A DNA stretch of 60,007 nt from Desulfurococcaceae archaeon (GTDB lineage Archaea; Thermoproteota; Thermoprotei_A; Sulfolobales; NBVN01): contig JAJHQR010000002.1 in NCBI GenBank assembly GCA_020833255.1, forward strand, positions 1 to 60,007. Direction: 5' to 3'. Positions within the stretch are counted from its first letter, which is position 1. Every line of letters begins with the position of its first letter. Below are positions 39,287-48,137 of this stretch, one piece after another. The notes under the pieces were generated by a model. That model did not search any database and had not been told where the DNA came from. It saw only the letters and a program-made list of their open reading frames with translations. The translations under genes and the position numbers were made by a program.

Positions 39287-39472
39287 GTGAGTAAGCCGGC
39301 GCTGGAAGTTGTTGAGGAAGTCTTAGTTGAGGGCGGTAAGAGGTATAGGGTAAGGCTAGTTAACACGAACATAACGTTCAATGTCTCGGCAAACAATCCT
39401 GAAGAAGCTGTTGAGAAGGCCGCTGAGCTAGCTCTGAAGTTAGGGCTTGTCTCTCCTCAGAAAACTCAGTGA
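39287..39472 (+). CDS. Small hypothetical protein
   Basis: 61 aa (KRYRVRLVNTNITFNVSA..PEEA..KA) with GGTG SD. Confidence 0.7.
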   Translation: MSKPALEVVEEVLVEGGKRYRVRLVNTNITFNVSANNPEEAVEKAAELALKLGLVSPQKTQ

Positions 39473-39500
39473 TTACGGGGAACGGGTCTTCAGCCGTGGC

Positions 39501-40250
39501 CTACCTCGGAGCTATCCAGGAAGTTATGTTCACGCCTTCCTCGCTTGAAAGACTTATTTTCAGCGGTAGTGAGGGACCGAATTCTATAGTTGCTACGTCG
39601 AAGATCGTTAAAACAGGTAGGACCGCCTTAAGCAAGTCTACGTCGTACGTGCTGGTAGCGGTTCCCGGAGTATTAGAGGTTAGTTCGAGGAGGTGTTTAC
39701 CTCTCTCGAGAACTATCCTGTATTCCCTCCCCTCACTTAAGGAAGTGAATTCCACAGCGTCTTTAGAATACTTTATGGTTAGCTCCTCACCAACCAGCTT
39801 AACATCCTTTATTATTCTCTGAAGTATTGAGGTCTCAACCCTGATTATTACCGGCAACTCTACCTGTATGGGGTCTACAGGACCTTCCAACCCGGCGATC
39901 CTTATATCGTAACTCCTCTCAACACCTGACTTACTATTTATTAACTTAGCTTTAACGACCCCGCCCCCCTCCTCATACCCTAGCTGTATGACGTCATTCC
40001 TACCAACCTTCTTAAGAACCTTACCAACCTCATCCCTCTCTAAGGTAAGATCATTAACACCGCTCACACCATACTCCGCGAAAGAACTGCTAGGAATACT
40101 TACCTCTACCAAAACACTCTTATCCGGACTCAAACCCCTTATCAAAAAACCCTCGTCAGAAACCCTGAGAGGGACGTCACTAAGAGGCTTAGTAGAACTC
40201 AACACGTACTTCCTGAAAAGCAAACCTTCTGAATACTTAATATTGAACAC
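39501..40250 (-). CDS. pcn: DNA polymerase sliding clamp (PCNA paralog)
   Basis: IRGLSPDKSVLVE, STYDVDLL, PLKI and C-terminal WIAPR; GTG start at 40250 after GGTGA gives 249 aa. Confidence 0.88.
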   Translation of the reverse strand: MFNIKYSEGLLFRKYVLSSTKPLSDVPLRVSDEGFLIRGLSPDKSVLVEVSIPSSSFAEYGVSGVNDLTLERDEVGKVLKKVGRNDVIQLGYEEGGGVVKAKLINSKSGVERSYDIRIAGLEGPVDPIQVELPVIIRVETSILQRIIKDVKLVGEELTIKYSKDAVEFTSLSEGREYRIVLERGKHLLELTSNTPGTATSTYDVDLLKAVLPVLTIFDVATIEFGPSLPLKISLSSEEGVNITSWIAPR

Positions 40251-40353
40251 GCACATCACCAGCCAAAGACTCAGACCCAAAATATAATTATAACCTAGAC
40301 TTAAAAACAGCGAACGCGTAGAAACCAAAAACACTGAAACCATGAGAGAATAG

Positions 40354-40428
40354 TGGGCCCGCGGGGACTCGAACCCCGGACCTCCGCCGCGTCAGGGCGG
40401 CGTCCTAACCAGGCTAGACGACGGGCCC
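40354..40428 (-). tRNA. tRNA-Val(GAC), no intron, CCA not encoded
   Basis: Cloverleaf GGGCCCG...CCGCC-CT-GAC-GC-GGCGG...GGTTCGAGTCC...CGGGCCCA. Confidence 0.95.
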
Positions 40429-40547
40429 TAAATAAATATTGATATAACTTTTAAAGTTTTTGTTACGTGGTGAGGTCTTGATCTCACACGCTACTCATTC
40501 CGGAAGCTATGGCTTATAAGCTTAACGTGATTATGTGGTGCGGCGGT

Positions 40548-40646
40548 TTGATGAGGAGCGATTCGGTTAGGGAATTGCTGGTGCGTGGCTTCAGCGACTT
40601 CAGATCCGTGCTTAGAGGTAACGTTGGGCTGTTTCGGTCTTCATAA
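40548..40646 (+). pseudogene. 5' stub of a gene truncated by the TnpB element
   Basis: TATA-like CTTATAAG, GGTG SD, then MRSDSVRELLVRGFSDFRSVLRGNV running into the element end. Confidence 0.45.
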
Positions 40647-40665
40647 TCATTTGTAGTACTCATAT

Positions 40666-41757
40666 TCATTGATTTCTGAGACCTCTTAACGCTATTAGAT
40701 ATGCTGATGCTGTGTGTCTGTCTATTCCATATCTCTTCATAGCTTCATCATGTTCTTCAGAATTTGTTGTTCCTTTTGGGTCTACATATTTAGCTTCTAT
40801 GCCATATAGCGGTGCTTTCAACGCTATCATCTCGATGACAGAGCTCCTGAAGACTGAGACCTTGTAGTTGTAGTTCTCATGTTTTCTATCGCCGTCTCTA
40901 ACCCATAGAAGCTTTAGCTTGCTGAAAACCTCTGGATTCTCTAAAAACAATATTTTAACGTTGTGATGATAGGCGTAGCTAAGCATTTCACGAATCTTCG
41001 CACCTATAATGCTTCTAGCGTTCCTCCTTGAAAACCCTCTAGCCACTGCCTCTGAGAACCAGAAGGTTTTGCAGTCCCGCAGGTTCCCTTTCTCATCAAT
41101 TATTGCTAGGTTTAGCCTGTCTACATTTACATCTATACCGCCTATGAGACTACCTTTAGATTCTCTGTATCTTGTCATGTGATTGTAGTAGAAGTCTGTA
41201 GGTATTGTTATCTGAATTTCTCCACGAACCCATAGATTATATTTTCTAATGCCATAGCTCTTCACAGCTACTCTACCTGTGTACTTTTGTCTCTCCTCTA
41301 ACATTTTGTCTAGGAGAGGCTCGTAGCTTTTTGGTATGATGGGCTCCACCACGTCTCTGTAGGTGTTTTTGTTGTAGTCTACTGTTGTTATGTGAAACTC
41401 AAGACCTGATTTGAGAGTGATGTTTCTTGCTGGATACTCTAACTCGCTCTGCTGAAACAGCAGCCAGTTAGAAAGCTCAACACTTTTTAAATCTATCCTA
41501 AATTGTCTGCATGACTCATAGATACTTCTAACAAGTGTTACAACACTGTCAGCATACCTCCTATTAGGTATGATCTCGTAGGCTATCTCTCTAAAAGTGT
41601 TCTTCCAGCCAATATCAGTAGCTGGAAGAACAGGAAAGTGTTTAACAACATTAAGCAATCTATGCGTAGCGATCTTAAATAGCCAAGCAGTAGACAAAAG
41701 CCTCTCCGCAACATCACAACAGACATTAAATGGAAACACGAGCGTTATATAGGTCAT
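40666..41757 (-). CDS. tnpB: TnpB-family RNA-guided RuvC nuclease lacking the CxxC zinc finger
   Basis: RuvC-I GIDVN, RuvC-II FLENP, VDPKGTT, RuvC-III DRHTASAYLIA; all three acidic residues are present. Confidence 0.88.
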   Translation of the reverse strand: MTYITLVFPFNVCCDVAERLLSTAWLFKIATHRLLNVVKHFPVLPATDIGWKNTFREIAYEIIPNRRYADSVVTLVRSIYESCRQFRIDLKSVELSNWLLFQQSELEYPARNITLKSGLEFHITTVDYNKNTYRDVVEPIIPKSYEPLLDKMLEERQKYTGRVAVKSYGIRKYNLWVRGEIQITIPTDFYYNHMTRYRESKGSLIGGIDVNVDRLNLAIIDEKGNLRDCKTFWFSEAVARGFSRRNARSIIGAKIREMLSYAYHHNVKILFLENPEVFSKLKLLWVRDGDRKHENYNYKVSVFRSSVIEMIALKAPLYGIEAKYVDPKGTTNSEEHDEAMKRYGIDRHTASAYLIALRGLRNQ

Positions 41758-41775
41758 CTGGGGAATCCCCGGTAA

Positions 41776-41786
41776 GGTTTATAAGC
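41776..41786. promoter_or_regulatory. Bidirectional TATA box shared by tnpB (-) and the RNA scaffold (+)
   Basis: GGTTTATAAGC reads TTTATAA on + and TTATAAA on -; 20 nt from the tnpB ATG (leaderless spacing); equivalent box kept in the mini-copy. Confidence 0.6.
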
Positions 41787-41805
41787 TCTCAAAGCTTACA
41801 TTTTA

Positions 41806-41940
41806 ATTGGTGACTCCGGGTTTCCGAGACCCGTAGGGCTGTGAACCCTAGGCGACTAGCGGTGAGCCACTGCGGTGAGGGGGCTCGGGGAGACCGTTGA
41901 GAAGCAGATGGTGGATGAACCACCATCTACCGAGAAACGG
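41806..41940 (+). ncRNA. Putative omega-like guide-RNA scaffold, divergent from tnpB
   Basis: Several stems (TAGGG/CCCTA, GAGCC/GGCTC, AGATGGTGG/CCACCATCT, CCGTT/AACGG); conserved in the second copy with compensatory changes. Confidence 0.65.
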
Positions 41941-42431
41941 CGGTGATAAGAGGTCTTGAGTTCAACGGGTTGAGGTTCAGCGAGTACCTAGTCAACTCTT
42001 CAGCTCTAGGTTATTTAGGGATTCCAGTAATTTTCCTGGCCGGTGACGAGAACCTAAGGACTGAAGTAGAGAGGTATACGCCCTGGGTAGTTTTCACTTC
42101 GATGAAAGAATCGTTGAGCAGGTATTCAGCTAAGAGTCCAGCGCTAAGCAAGGTCTTGAGGGATCTAGAGTCGGGAATTAAGGAAGGGTTGAGAAGATAT
42201 TCCGAAGGCTTAACGAGACCTCTAACGATAGAAACCCCCGTCACCGTCAGGGTGAGCTTTCACGAGAGCGGGTTCGCCGACATCGCGGAACTCTTGCCGA
42301 TCGTGAGGAGGGTTGATGGCGTGACCGTGGAGTACAGAGCGCAGAACCCTCTAGAAGCCTACAAAATACTGGAAGTCTTGATAATGGCTTCCCATGGCAT
42401 AAGACTAATAACTGAGGTTCAGTTGAGGTAG
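41941..42431 (+). pseudogene. C-terminal part of an M55 D-aminopeptidase (DppA-like), N-terminus lost at the element junction
   Basis: NG..FSEY.VN...G..GIPVIFLAGD and KESLSRYSA motifs; N-terminal DxEG/DxH metal ligands absent. Confidence 0.78.
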
Positions 42432-42490
42432 GTGTTGCGAGGACTCCATATCAACAACCCCCTACGAGAGCTGGACGTGAAGGTCCTGCC

Positions 42491-43432
42491 ATGATCAAGT
42501 CACTCATCAAATTCGTTGAGGACCCTGAATTCAACTTAGCCAAGCTCTTCCACCCTTCGTTCTTGCTACCGCTGATTTCGATATCTAGCAACGGTTTCAG
42601 AGCTGTTAAAGAACACGGATACTGCAGAGGGACTGAGTTAGTGATTGATGGAAACAAGCTCTACGCTTTAAGTGATTCGATTGAGTGTATTCAGTACTCA
42701 CGATACTTGTCTGGTTCATGGTATGACGCAAGGGATTACCTAGAAGAGGTCCACGAGGACTTCAAAGACTTAGTAAGCGAGATGATTCCTTTATACACCG
42801 ACGTAAGCATCGCTACATCCCCGTTAGACGACCTAGAACTCTTCACGTCCATAATCCTCTCACGTAATACCGACTACCACAGGAACACTGTGAGATGGGT
42901 TAAGAAAATCCTTGAGTCCTTCCTCTCAATAGAATCATTGATCAACGCTGAACCGCTCTCCCTAGCTACTGGAATCAGCGGCAGCTACCAGGTACTTGAG
43001 TTGCCGAAGACCTTGCGTTGCTATTTAAGGATAAGGAATTCCTTGAGTGGGTCTCCGGAGAGTTCGCGAGCCCTCCTAACGTGCCCTGGCGTAGGTCCTA
43101 AGACTTTATATGCTTACATGCTCTTCGTGAAGCTAAACCCCAGCTACGCCCCGATAGACACCAACATGTTAAAATTCCTTAATAGGTTGAAGGGTTTAAG
43201 AGAGGTCGCCAAAAAGCTAACACCTCCAGCCAAAAACTATTGTCTTAGGTATGTCTGCGACGAGTGCCCGGTGAGGAAGACGTGCGTTGAAGCGTTCTTA
43301 AGAAGTAGGCTGGGACGTTTAAGCGGTTGGTTCCAGACCGTTGTTTTCCTACATAGCAAGACCTTCTGCTTGAGTAGAGGGTGTGGTAAGTGCCCGTTGT
43401 CTAGGGAGTGTTTGATTGGTATGAGAGCTTAA
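42491..43432 (+). CDS. HhH-GPD (EndoIII-like) DNA glycosylase family protein
   Basis: IILSRNT, LLTCPGVGPKT (HhH), APIDTN, C-terminal Cys clusters. Confidence 0.75.
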   Translation: MIKSLIKFVEDPEFNLAKLFHPSFLLPLISISSNGFRAVKEHGYCRGTELVIDGNKLYALSDSIECIQYSRYLSGSWYDARDYLEEVHEDFKDLVSEMIPLYTDVSIATSPLDDLELFTSIILSRNTDYHRNTVRWVKKILESFLSIESLINAEPLSLATGISGSYQVLELPKTLRCYLRIRNSLSGSPESSRALLTCPGVGPKTLYAYMLFVKLNPSYAPIDTNMLKFLNRLKGLREVAKKLTPPAKNYCLRYVCDECPVRKTCVEAFLRSRLGRLSGWFQTVVFLHSKTFCLSRGCGKCPLSRECLIGMRA

Positions 43433-43469
43433 TAGCGTGCTTAACAGAATTATGTAAAGGGTTAGGTAG

Positions 43470-44024
43470 TTGAGTAGCGACATAACTTACTGTGAGATGT
43501 GCGGCAAGCCTATGAGGAAGAGGGAAGCTAAGGTAGTCTACGTTGAGGGAACTAGGCTAGTCCTGTGTTCTTCTTGTTATTCCAAGGTTTCTAAGAGGGC
43601 TGTGAGCGCTGAGTTGAGGGAGTCCGCACAGAAGAATGAGTTAGCTCGCCCAAGCCCGGGCAAACCCGGCTTAACCACGCAAAAAGCTATCAAGACGTCC
43701 CTGAAAACCGGTAAGGCGGTAGACGAGTACGAGGTGGTTCCGGATTATCATGAGAGGGTAAGAAAAGCTAGGGAGAAGCTGGGGTGGTCGCAGAAAGTAC
43801 TCGCTAACGCCGTTAAGGAGAGCGAGAACGTCATTAAGAGGATAGAGGCAGGGCGTCTCGTACCCTCAATAGACTTAGCTCGCAAGCTAGAGAATGTGCT
43901 TAAGATACAGCTACTAGAACCCGTAGTTGACACAGAAGTTAGTACTTCGAAGAACTTAGGTAAGGGTAGTACGGGGCTCACGATAGGTGACGTAATGGTT
44001 TTAAGAAAAGAGGAGAAGAAATAA
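43470..44024 (+). CDS. Multiprotein bridging factor aMBF1
   Basis: CEMCG...CSSC zinc ribbon plus HTH (AREKLGWSQ..LA, IKRIEAG), LTIGD. Confidence 0.9.
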   Translation: MSSDITYCEMCGKPMRKREAKVVYVEGTRLVLCSSCYSKVSKRAVSAELRESAQKNELARPSPGKPGLTTQKAIKTSLKTGKAVDEYEVVPDYHERVRKAREKLGWSQKVLANAVKESENVIKRIEAGRLVPSIDLARKLENVLKIQLLEPVVDTEVSTSKNLGKGSTGLTIGDVMVLRKEEKK

Positions 44025-45173
44025 TTGATGAGCTCGAAGACTATACTGGTGAGTAAGGAAAGAGACTTGAGTGAGGCACTCTCCCTAGCCGACACCATAC
44101 ATCTAAACGTGATCAAGAAGCTCATACTACGAAACGACTATAGACCTGACAGGAACTACTTCCTCAACATGAGGTTACTGAACGAGGTTAAGGAATTCCT
44201 CGAATCCCTCAACTCAGGCAAGACAACGGTAGACTCTATCTATATTTACGAGGTCCTACACCCACGCCAAGTAGTTAACCTAGTGAAAGAGTTGAAAGTA
44301 AGCGTCAGAGACAAGATATTGATGGTTCTCGAGATATTCGCTAACCACGCAGGATCTAAGGAAGCTAAGCTGCAGATAGAGATGGCTGAAATAACTTATC
44401 AGCTCCCCATCATTAAGGAATGGATACGGAAAGCTAAGCTTGGCGAGCTACCGGGCTTCATGGGTCCGGGAGAGTACGCTACGGAGACGTACTACAACCA
44501 CATGAGGAGGAGACTCACGAGGATAAGGAGAGACCTGAACGAGCTGAGGGTTAGGAGGAGGAGGGAGAGGGAGTTTAGGGTTTCTAAGGGATTCCCCCAC
44601 GTAGCGATCTCAGGCTACGCTAACGCGGGGAAGACGACTTTATTTAACTCCTTAACTAAGCTAAGTAAGCCCACAGGCCCCGAGATGTTCACGACCATCT
44701 CCCCTAAGGCAGCGCTAGCTCCGATAGATTGCTCGGAAGTAGTGTTCGTCGATACCGTGGGATTCATAAGAGACTTACCCCCGGAAGTCATAGAAGCTTT
44801 CTACGCTACGCTGGAGGAGATCTCACTATCTGATTTATCTGTTTTAGTCTTAGATTCCTCTGAACCCTTAAGCGTTATCGAGTCGAAGTTGAGGGCTTCC
44901 TTAAACATATTATCTAAGATAGGGTACTTCGGCAAACCACTCGTCGTGGCTCTAAACAAGATAGATTTAAGTAATGACCTAGAAGATGTGGAGGAGCTAG
45001 TAAAGAAATACATGTCCTCCAACTACTTATGGAGTTGGCGTTTAGTGAGGGTTTCCGCTCTAAGAGGAGATGGCTTGACAGAGCTTAAGAAGACCTTGTG
45101 CGAGCTCCTACCACCTAAAAGCGCTGAAAACGTGAAGACTAGGGCGAAGATAGATTTTAAAGCACCTCTCTGA
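44025..45173 (+). CDS. hflX: GTPase HflX
   Basis: LEIFANHAGSKEAKLQIEMA, GYANAGKTT, DTVGFI, NKID, SA. Confidence 0.92.
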   Translation: MMSSKTILVSKERDLSEALSLADTIHLNVIKKLILRNDYRPDRNYFLNMRLLNEVKEFLESLNSGKTTVDSIYIYEVLHPRQVVNLVKELKVSVRDKILMVLEIFANHAGSKEAKLQIEMAEITYQLPIIKEWIRKAKLGELPGFMGPGEYATETYYNHMRRRLTRIRRDLNELRVRRRREREFRVSKGFPHVAISGYANAGKTTLFNSLTKLSKPTGPEMFTTISPKAALAPIDCSEVVFVDTVGFIRDLPPEVIEAFYATLEEISLSDLSVLVLDSSEPLSVIESKLRASLNILSKIGYFGKPLVVALNKIDLSNDLEDVEELVKKYMSSNYLWSWRLVRVSALRGDGLTELKKTLCELLPPKSAENVKTRAKIDFKAPL

Positions 45174-45245
45174 TACGGAAAGCGTAAAAGTATTTAAGCA
45201 CTTATCACCAAAACATTTAGGATCATAGATGGTCGGGTGTGACTG

Positions 45246-46265
45246 ATGGCTAGGAGGAAGTGGAGTGCTCCGCGCAGGGGTTCTTTAGGCGTTAGGCCTA
45301 GGAAGAGAGCCGCTGAGTTCGTGCCTTCCGTGAGGTCGTGGCCTGAGGTATCGTTAGAGAGTCCTAGACCCCTCGCTTTCTTAGGTTATAAGGTCGGCAT
45401 GACTCACGTAATATTAGTTGATGATCGTCCTGGGAGACCGACTTACGGGCAGGAAATCTTCGTTCCTGTAACAGTTATCGAGACTCCCCCGATGATACCC
45501 CTAGCTGCCAGGTTTTATGAAGCCACCGTATCAGGCCTTAAGACCTTGACTGAGGTCTGGACAAGACCTCCTGAGGAGTTAGAGATTCACAGGAGGATCA
45601 AGACTCTCTCAGTTTCTACGGACGCGCTCGAGGAAACTATTAAGAAACTCGACGGAATGAAAGACAGCATCGCTAGGGTATCCCTCATAATGGCCTCACA
45701 ACCTAAGCTAACCGGAGGTCTCAGTAAGAAAGTCCCTGACGTAATTGAGGTTAGGCTTGGCGGCGGGGATGTGGGAGCTCAGGTAGAGTACGCTGTAGGG
45801 GTTCTCGGCAAGCCCCTGAGAATTTTCGACGTCTTCAGCGCCGGGCAATTCGTGGACGTTATAGGGGTTACTAAGGGTAAGGGCTTTCAAGGAGTGATAA
45901 AGAGGTTTGGGGTTAGGGAATTACCTAAGTGGCATAAGCATAGGAAGGGTCATAGGAGGATAGGTGCTAGGAGCCCTGCGTTCGGCGCTATAAGCCCGGT
46001 CCCGCAACCAGGTCAGATGGGGTTCCATAGGAGGACCGAGTACAATAAGAGGATACTCATCATGGGTGATGACGGGAGTAAGATAACCCCCGTGAGCAGC
46101 TTCCCGCACTACGGTCAGGTAAGGACCGATTACGTAGTCCTCGCAGGTTCTGTGCAGGGAACCCCTAAGAGACCGCTAGTCCTTAGATGGCCTATCAGAC
46201 CCCCGAGCTGGGCGCCGGACAAAGCTCCTAAGATTGTTTATATAAGTCTTGAAAGCAAGATTTGA
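45246..46265 (+). CDS. rpl3: 50S ribosomal protein L3
   Basis: PRRGSLG.RPRKRA, GYKVGMTH, TKGKGFQG. Confidence 0.97.
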   Translation: MARRKWSAPRRGSLGVRPRKRAAEFVPSVRSWPEVSLESPRPLAFLGYKVGMTHVILVDDRPGRPTYGQEIFVPVTVIETPPMIPLAARFYEATVSGLKTLTEVWTRPPEELEIHRRIKTLSVSTDALEETIKKLDGMKDSIARVSLIMASQPKLTGGLSKKVPDVIEVRLGGGDVGAQVEYAVGVLGKPLRIFDVFSAGQFVDVIGVTKGKGFQGVIKRFGVRELPKWHKHRKGHRRIGARSPAFGAISPVPQPGQMGFHRRTEYNKRILIMGDDGSKITPVSSFPHYGQVRTDYVVLAGSVQGTPKRPLVLRWPIRPPSWAPDKAPKIVYISLESKI

Positions 46266-46281
46266 GTCAAGGTGTTGAGCG

Positions 46282-47094
46282 ATGGCTGAGAAGCTACTCA
46301 TTAGCGAGAAAATCGTTGAGAAGAGAGTTCCAGTGTATGACGCAACCGGTAACGTGGTCGGTGATGTTGTACTCCCAAGCGTTTTTTCCTTTCCTGTGAG
46401 GAAGGACTTGATTAGGAGAGCTTTCTTATCCTCCTTTACTGCTAGACTACAACCTAAGGGGAGGGACCCCTTAGCCGGTAAGAGAAGAGTTGGTGAGTCG
46501 TGGGGTATAGGGCATAGCGTTGCCAGAGTACCTAGACTCGATAACGGCCGCGCTGTCTTCGCCCCTATGACTAGGGGCGGCAGATTAGCTCACCCGCCGA
46601 AAGTAGATAAAGTTATTGTGGAGGAGATTAACCAGAAGGAGAGGGTCAGAGCTATCGCTTCAGCCATAGCCGCGACCAGCCACCCAGAATTAGTTAGGTT
46701 GAGGGGGCATACATTCGAGAAGGAGGTCCTGCCAGTCGTAGTTGAGGATCAGGCTCTAAACGTTGCTAGGACTAGCGACGCCAGGAAGCTACTCAAGAAT
46801 TTAGGGGTTTTCACGGATGTTGAGAGGGTGCGTGAGAAGACCAGGATCAGGGCTGGTAAGGGGAAGATGAGGGGTAGGAGGTACGTGGAGCCTAAGTCCC
46901 TCTTAATCGTAGTACATGATGAGAAGCTCGACTCTTATAAAGCTTTCAGAAACTTGCCCGGGGTGGACGTAGTTCCCGTTAGTATGTTAAGCGTCATACA
47001 CCTAGCTCCGGGAGGTGTTCCCGGCAGGCTAACCATATACACTAAGTCCGCTCTAGAAATGCTTGGGAAGAGGTTTGAGGTGATGGGTATTTGA
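46282..47094 (+). CDS. rpl4: 50S ribosomal protein L4
   Basis: [33 protein letters not shown]. Confidence 0.97.
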   Translation: MAEKLLISEKIVEKRVPVYDATGNVVGDVVLPSVFSFPVRKDLIRRAFLSSFTARLQPKGRDPLAGKRRVGESWGIGHSVARVPRLDNGRAVFAPMTRGGRLAHPPKVDKVIVEEINQKERVRAIASAIAATSHPELVRLRGHTFEKEVLPVVVEDQALNVARTSDARKLLKNLGVFTDVERVREKTRIRAGKGKMRGRRYVEPKSLLIVVHDEKLDSYKAFRNLPGVDVVPVSMLSVIHLAPGGVPGRLTIYTKSALEMLGKRFEVMGI

Positions 47095-47354
47095 AGGATC
47101 CCGCGTCCATAATTAAGAGATCTTTAGCTACTGAGAAGTCTCTATCATTAATAGAGAAGAACAACACACTGGTTTTCATAGTCGACTTAAGAGCTAGTAA
47201 GAGTGATATAAGGGAGGCTGTAGAGAAGCTCTTCAACGTTAAGGTAGAGAAGGTGAACACGTTGATAACTATGAAGGGGGAGAAGAAAGCTTACGTTAAG
47301 CTTAAGCCGGAGTATAAGGCTAGTGAAATCGCGACTAGGTTAGGTCTTATTTAG
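47091..47354 (+). CDS. rpl23: 50S ribosomal protein L23
   Basis: [24 protein letters not shown]. Confidence 0.96.
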   Translation: MKDPASIIKRSLATEKSLSLIEKNNTLVFIVDLRASKSDIREAVEKLFNVKVEKVNTLITMKGEKKAYVKLKPEYKASEIATRLGLI

Positions 47355-47368
47355 TTAGGTGGTGCCAG

Positions 47369-48085
47369 GTGGGTAAGAAGACGCTTCAGCAGAGAGCGGG
47401 GCGCGGCGGACAAAACTTCAGGAGTCCTTCACACACCAGAGTTGCTGAGAGTAAGTATCCCCCACCCACTGATAGCACGTATAGGGGGGTGGTTGCTGAA
47501 CTACTGCACGACCCTGGCAGGTGGGTCCCCCTAGCTAGGATAGTTCTAGAGAATGGTAACGAGTATTACATACCGGCGTCTGAGGGTATGTACGTAGGGC
47601 AGGAAGTCTTCATAGGTCCTGAAGCACCCGTAAGCGTGGGATGCACCCTCCCGCTAGGCAAGATACCTGAGGGCACTAAGATCTACAACATAGAGTTAAG
47701 ACCTGGTGACGGCGGTAAGCTGGCTCGGCAAGCTGGGAGTTACGCTATAGTTCTCGGCAGATCTGATAAGTACACGATAGTTCTCCTACCTAGTAAGAGG
47801 CAGAAGAGTATTTTGAGCACCGCTAGAGCTACTATAGGGGTTCCTGCAGGTGCTGGGAGGCCTGAGAAACCGTTACTCAAGGCTGGCGCCGCCTACCATA
47901 AGTGGAAGGTGAAAGCTCATAAATGGCCTAGGGTTAGGGGAGTAGCCATGAACGCTGTCAGCCACAAGTTCGGCGGCGGGCATCACCAAAGAAAGTCACA
48001 CCCGTCCACAGTATCCAGAAACGCGCCGCCGGGTAGGAAGGTAGGGCACATAGCCGCTAGGAGGACAGGTCTTAGGAAGAGGTAG
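47369..48085 (+). CDS. rpl2: 50S ribosomal protein L2
   Basis: HDPGR, WPRVRGVAMN, PPGRKVGHIAARRTG. Confidence 0.97.
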   Translation: MGKKTLQQRAGRGGQNFRSPSHTRVAESKYPPPTDSTYRGVVAELLHDPGRWVPLARIVLENGNEYYIPASEGMYVGQEVFIGPEAPVSVGCTLPLGKIPEGTKIYNIELRPGDGGKLARQAGSYAIVLGRSDKYTIVLLPSKRQKSILSTARATIGVPAGAGRPEKPLLKAGAAYHKWKVKAHKWPRVRGVAMNAVSHKFGGGHHQRKSHPSTVSRNAPPGRKVGHIAARRTGLRKR

Positions 48086-48137
48086 GCTAGCTTTCTTTGA
48101 TAATCACGTCCGGCAAATGAAGCGGACCCACCCTCAT

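Larger units (their letters stand above)
40627..41940 (-). mobile_element. Non-autonomous TnpB-only element, IS607-like
   Basis: Boundaries set by homology with the 38948-39241 copy; GG at both junctions; no transposase ORF; visibly different base composition; truncated genes on both sides. Confidence 0.85.

Noticed and set aside
40354..40428. tRNA-Val as an integration (att) site
   Set aside because: No duplicated tRNA 3' fragment and no integrase in the window; the element sits upstream of the tRNA.
38948..41940. Composite transposon or invertible cassette carrying PCNA and tRNA-Val between the two inverted element copies
   Set aside because: Swapping flanks does not rebuild the cupin or dppA frames, the copies are clearly diverged, and the enclosed genes are ordinary core genes.
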